Assembly (NCBI GenBank): GCA_964016885.1
Contig: OZ024742.1
Location: 367,784,001 to 367,848,000, forward strand
DNA from: Eledone cirrhosa
Lineage: Eukaryota
Reading direction: 5' to 3'
Length of the DNA: 64,000 nt
Below, piece by piece: positions 61,701 to 64,000 of this stretch. The notes below the pieces were generated by a model. It was not told the DNA's origin. It did not search any database and saw only the letters and a program-made list of their open reading frames with translations. The stretch's first letter is position 1. The number at the start of each line of letters is the position of its first letter. Made by a program: the position numbers and the translations under genes.

Positions 61701-64000
61701 CGGTGTGTCTTTATACAGTCTCCTATGTCTGGTCAGTCCAACAGATCTAGCTGAACTGTCTTCTGACAATACCAGCTCCGGTGTGTCTTAATGCAGTCTC
61801 CAATGTCTGGTCAGGCCAACAGATCTAGCTGAACTGTCTTCTGACAATACCAGCTCCGGTGTGTCTTAATGCAGTCTCCAATGTCTGGTCAGTCCACCAG
61901 ATCTAGCTGAACTGTCTTCTGACAATACCAGCTCCGGTGTGTCTTAATACAGTCTCCAATGTCTGGTCAGTCCACCAGATCTAGCTGAACTGTCTTCTGA
62001 CAATACCTGCTCCGGTGTGTCTTAATGCTGTCTCCAATGTCTGGTCAGTCCAACAGATCTAGCTGAACTGTCTTCTGACAATACCAGCTCCGGTGTGTTT
62101 AATGCAGTCTCCAATGTCTGGTCAGTCCACCAGATCTAGCTGAACTGTCTTCTGACAATACCAGCTCCGGTGTGTCTTAATGCAGTCTCCAATGTCTGGT
62201 CAGTTCACCAGATCTAGCTGAACTGTCTTCTGACAATACCAACTCCGGTGTGTCTTAATGCAGTCTCCCATGTCTGGTCAGTCCAACAGATCTAGCTGAA
62301 CTGTCTTCTGACAATACCAGCTCCGGTGTGTCTTAATACAGTCTCCAATGTCTGGTCAGTCCACCAGATCTAGCTGAACTGTCTTCTGACAATACCAACT
62401 CCGTTGTGTCTTAATGCAGTCTCCCATGTCTGGTCAGTCCAACAGATCTAGCTGAACTGTCTTCTGACAATACCAACTCCGGTGTGTCTTAATGCAGTCT
62501 CCAATGTCTGGTCAGTCCACCAGATCTAGCTGAACTGTCTTCTGACAATACCAGCTCCGGTGTGTCTTAATGCAGTCTCCAATGTCTGGTCAGTCCAGCA
62601 GATCTAGCTGAACTGTCTTCTGATAATACCAGCTCCGGTGTTTCTTAATGCTGTCTCCCATGTCTGGTCAGTCCAACAGATCTAGCTGAACTGTCTTCTG
62701 ACAATACCAGCTCCGGTGTGTCTTAATACAGTCTCCAATGTCTGGTCAGTCCACCAGATATAGCTGAACTGTCTTCTGACAATACCATCTCCGGTATGTC
62801 TTAATACAGTCTCCAATGTCTGGTCAGTCCACCAGATCTAGCTGAACTGTCTTCTGACAATACCAGCTCCGGTGTGTCTTAATGCAGTCTCCCATGTCTG
62901 GTCAGTCCACCAGATCTAGCTGAACTGTCTTCTGACAATACCAGCTCCGGTGTGTCTTAATGCAGTCTCCAATGTCTGGTCAGTCCACCAGATCTAGCTG
63001 AACTGTCTTCTGACAATACCAGCTCCGGTGTGTCTTTATACAGTCTCCAATGTCTGGTCAGTCCAACAGATCTAGCTGAACTGTCTTCTGACAATACCAG
63101 CTCCGGTGTGTCTTAATGCAGTCTCCAATGTCTGGTCAGTCCACCAGATCTAGCTGAACTGTCTTCTGACAATACCAGCTCCGGTGTGTCTTAATGCAGT
63201 CTCCAATGTCTGGTCAGTCCACCAGATCTAGCTGAACTGTCTTCTGACAATACCAGCTCCGGTGTGTCTTAATACAGTCTCCAATGTCTGGTCAGTCCAC
63301 CAGATCTAGCTGAACTGTCTTCTGACAATACCACCTCCGGTGTGTCTTAATGCAGTCTCCAATGTCTGGTCAGTCCACCAGATCTAGCTGAACTGTCTTC
63401 TGACAATACCAGCTCCGGTGTGTCTTAATGCAGTCTCCCATGTCTGGTCAGTCCACCAGATCTAGCTGAACTGTCTTCTGACAATACCAGTTCCGGTGTG
63501 TCTTAATGCAGTCTCCAATGTCTGGTCAGTCCACCAGATCTAGCTGAACTGTCTTCTGACAATACCACCTCCGGTGTGTCTTAATGCAGTCTCCAATGTC
63601 TGGTCAGTCCACCAGATCTAGCTGAACTGTCTTCTGACAATACCAGCTCCGGTGTGTCTTAATGCAGTCTCCCATGTCTGGTCAGTCCACCAGATCTAGC
63701 TGAACTGTCTTCTGACAATACCAGCTCCGATGTGTCTTAATGCAGTCTCCAATGTCTGGTCAGTCCACCAGATCTAGCTGAACTGTCTTCTGACAATACC
63801 AGCTCCGGTGTGTCTTAATGCAGTCTCCAATGTCTGGTCAGTCCACCAGATCTAGCTGAACTGTCTTCTGACAATACCAGTTCCGGTGTGTCTTAATGCA
63901 GTCTCCAATGTCTTGTCAGTCCAACAGATCTAGCTGAACTGTCTTCTGACAATACCACCTCCGGTGTGTCTTAATACAGTCTCCAATGTCTGGTCAGTCC

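Larger units (their letters stand above)
22268..64000. repeat. 78-bp tandem satellite array (~535 units), consensus GTCAGTCCACCAGATCTAGCTGAACTGTCTTCTGACAATACCAGCTCCGGTGTGTCTTAATGCAGTCTCCAATGTCTG; continues beyond the right window edge
   Basis: 78-bp period read directly. Phase checks (22271, 28511, 28821, 38961, 39038, 57602, 57991, 61891, 63996) are consistent with only four net indels. About 49% GC; one BglII (AGATCT) and one CCGG site per consensus unit. Confidence 0.99.

Noticed and set aside
1-64000. CRISPR array (regular, partly palindromic repeats with 66-78-bp period)
   Set aside because: The period resembles repeat plus spacer, but there are no unique spacers; whole units are repeated, and there are no cas genes or leader.
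1-64000. Diversity-generating retroelement or reverse-transcriptase concatemer (DRT2-like) product
   Set aside because: Variable sites are not adenine-specific, variants are inherited in multi-kb duplicated blocks rather than independently per unit, and no reverse transcriptase is encoded in the window.
22268-64000. tRNA-gene or tRNA-derived tandem array (78 bp is tRNA-sized)
   Set aside because: I could not find a cloverleaf, acceptor stem or convincing A/B boxes on either strand; tRNAscan-SE or Infernal would settle it.

Overview
The whole 64-kb window is tandem-repeat (satellite-type) DNA with no unique sequence, recognisable gene, RNA gene, transposase or CRISPR spacer. Three different arrays abut directly. 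(1) A 66-bp array, 1-~18951 (~287 units, open at the left edge), built of three dyad-symmetric motifs and organised into 4942-bp and 4552-bp higher-order repeats. (2) A purine-rich 38/45-bp array, ~18948-22269 (~85 units). (3) A 78-bp array, ~22268-64000 (~535 units, open at the right edge), with only four net indels and many nested block duplications. The supplied ORFs are best explained as by-products of periodic sequence. The most notable points are the spacer-free, microhomology-like junctions between unrelated satellites, the palindrome/HSE-like content of the 66-mer, and a 78-mer minus-strand frame closed only by one polymorphic TGA with variable sites skewed to third codon positions. 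The pattern fits eukaryotic heterochromatic, (peri)centromeric or subtelomeric DNA, but the organism cannot be determined from the sequence. I found no firm evidence of a new functional system.
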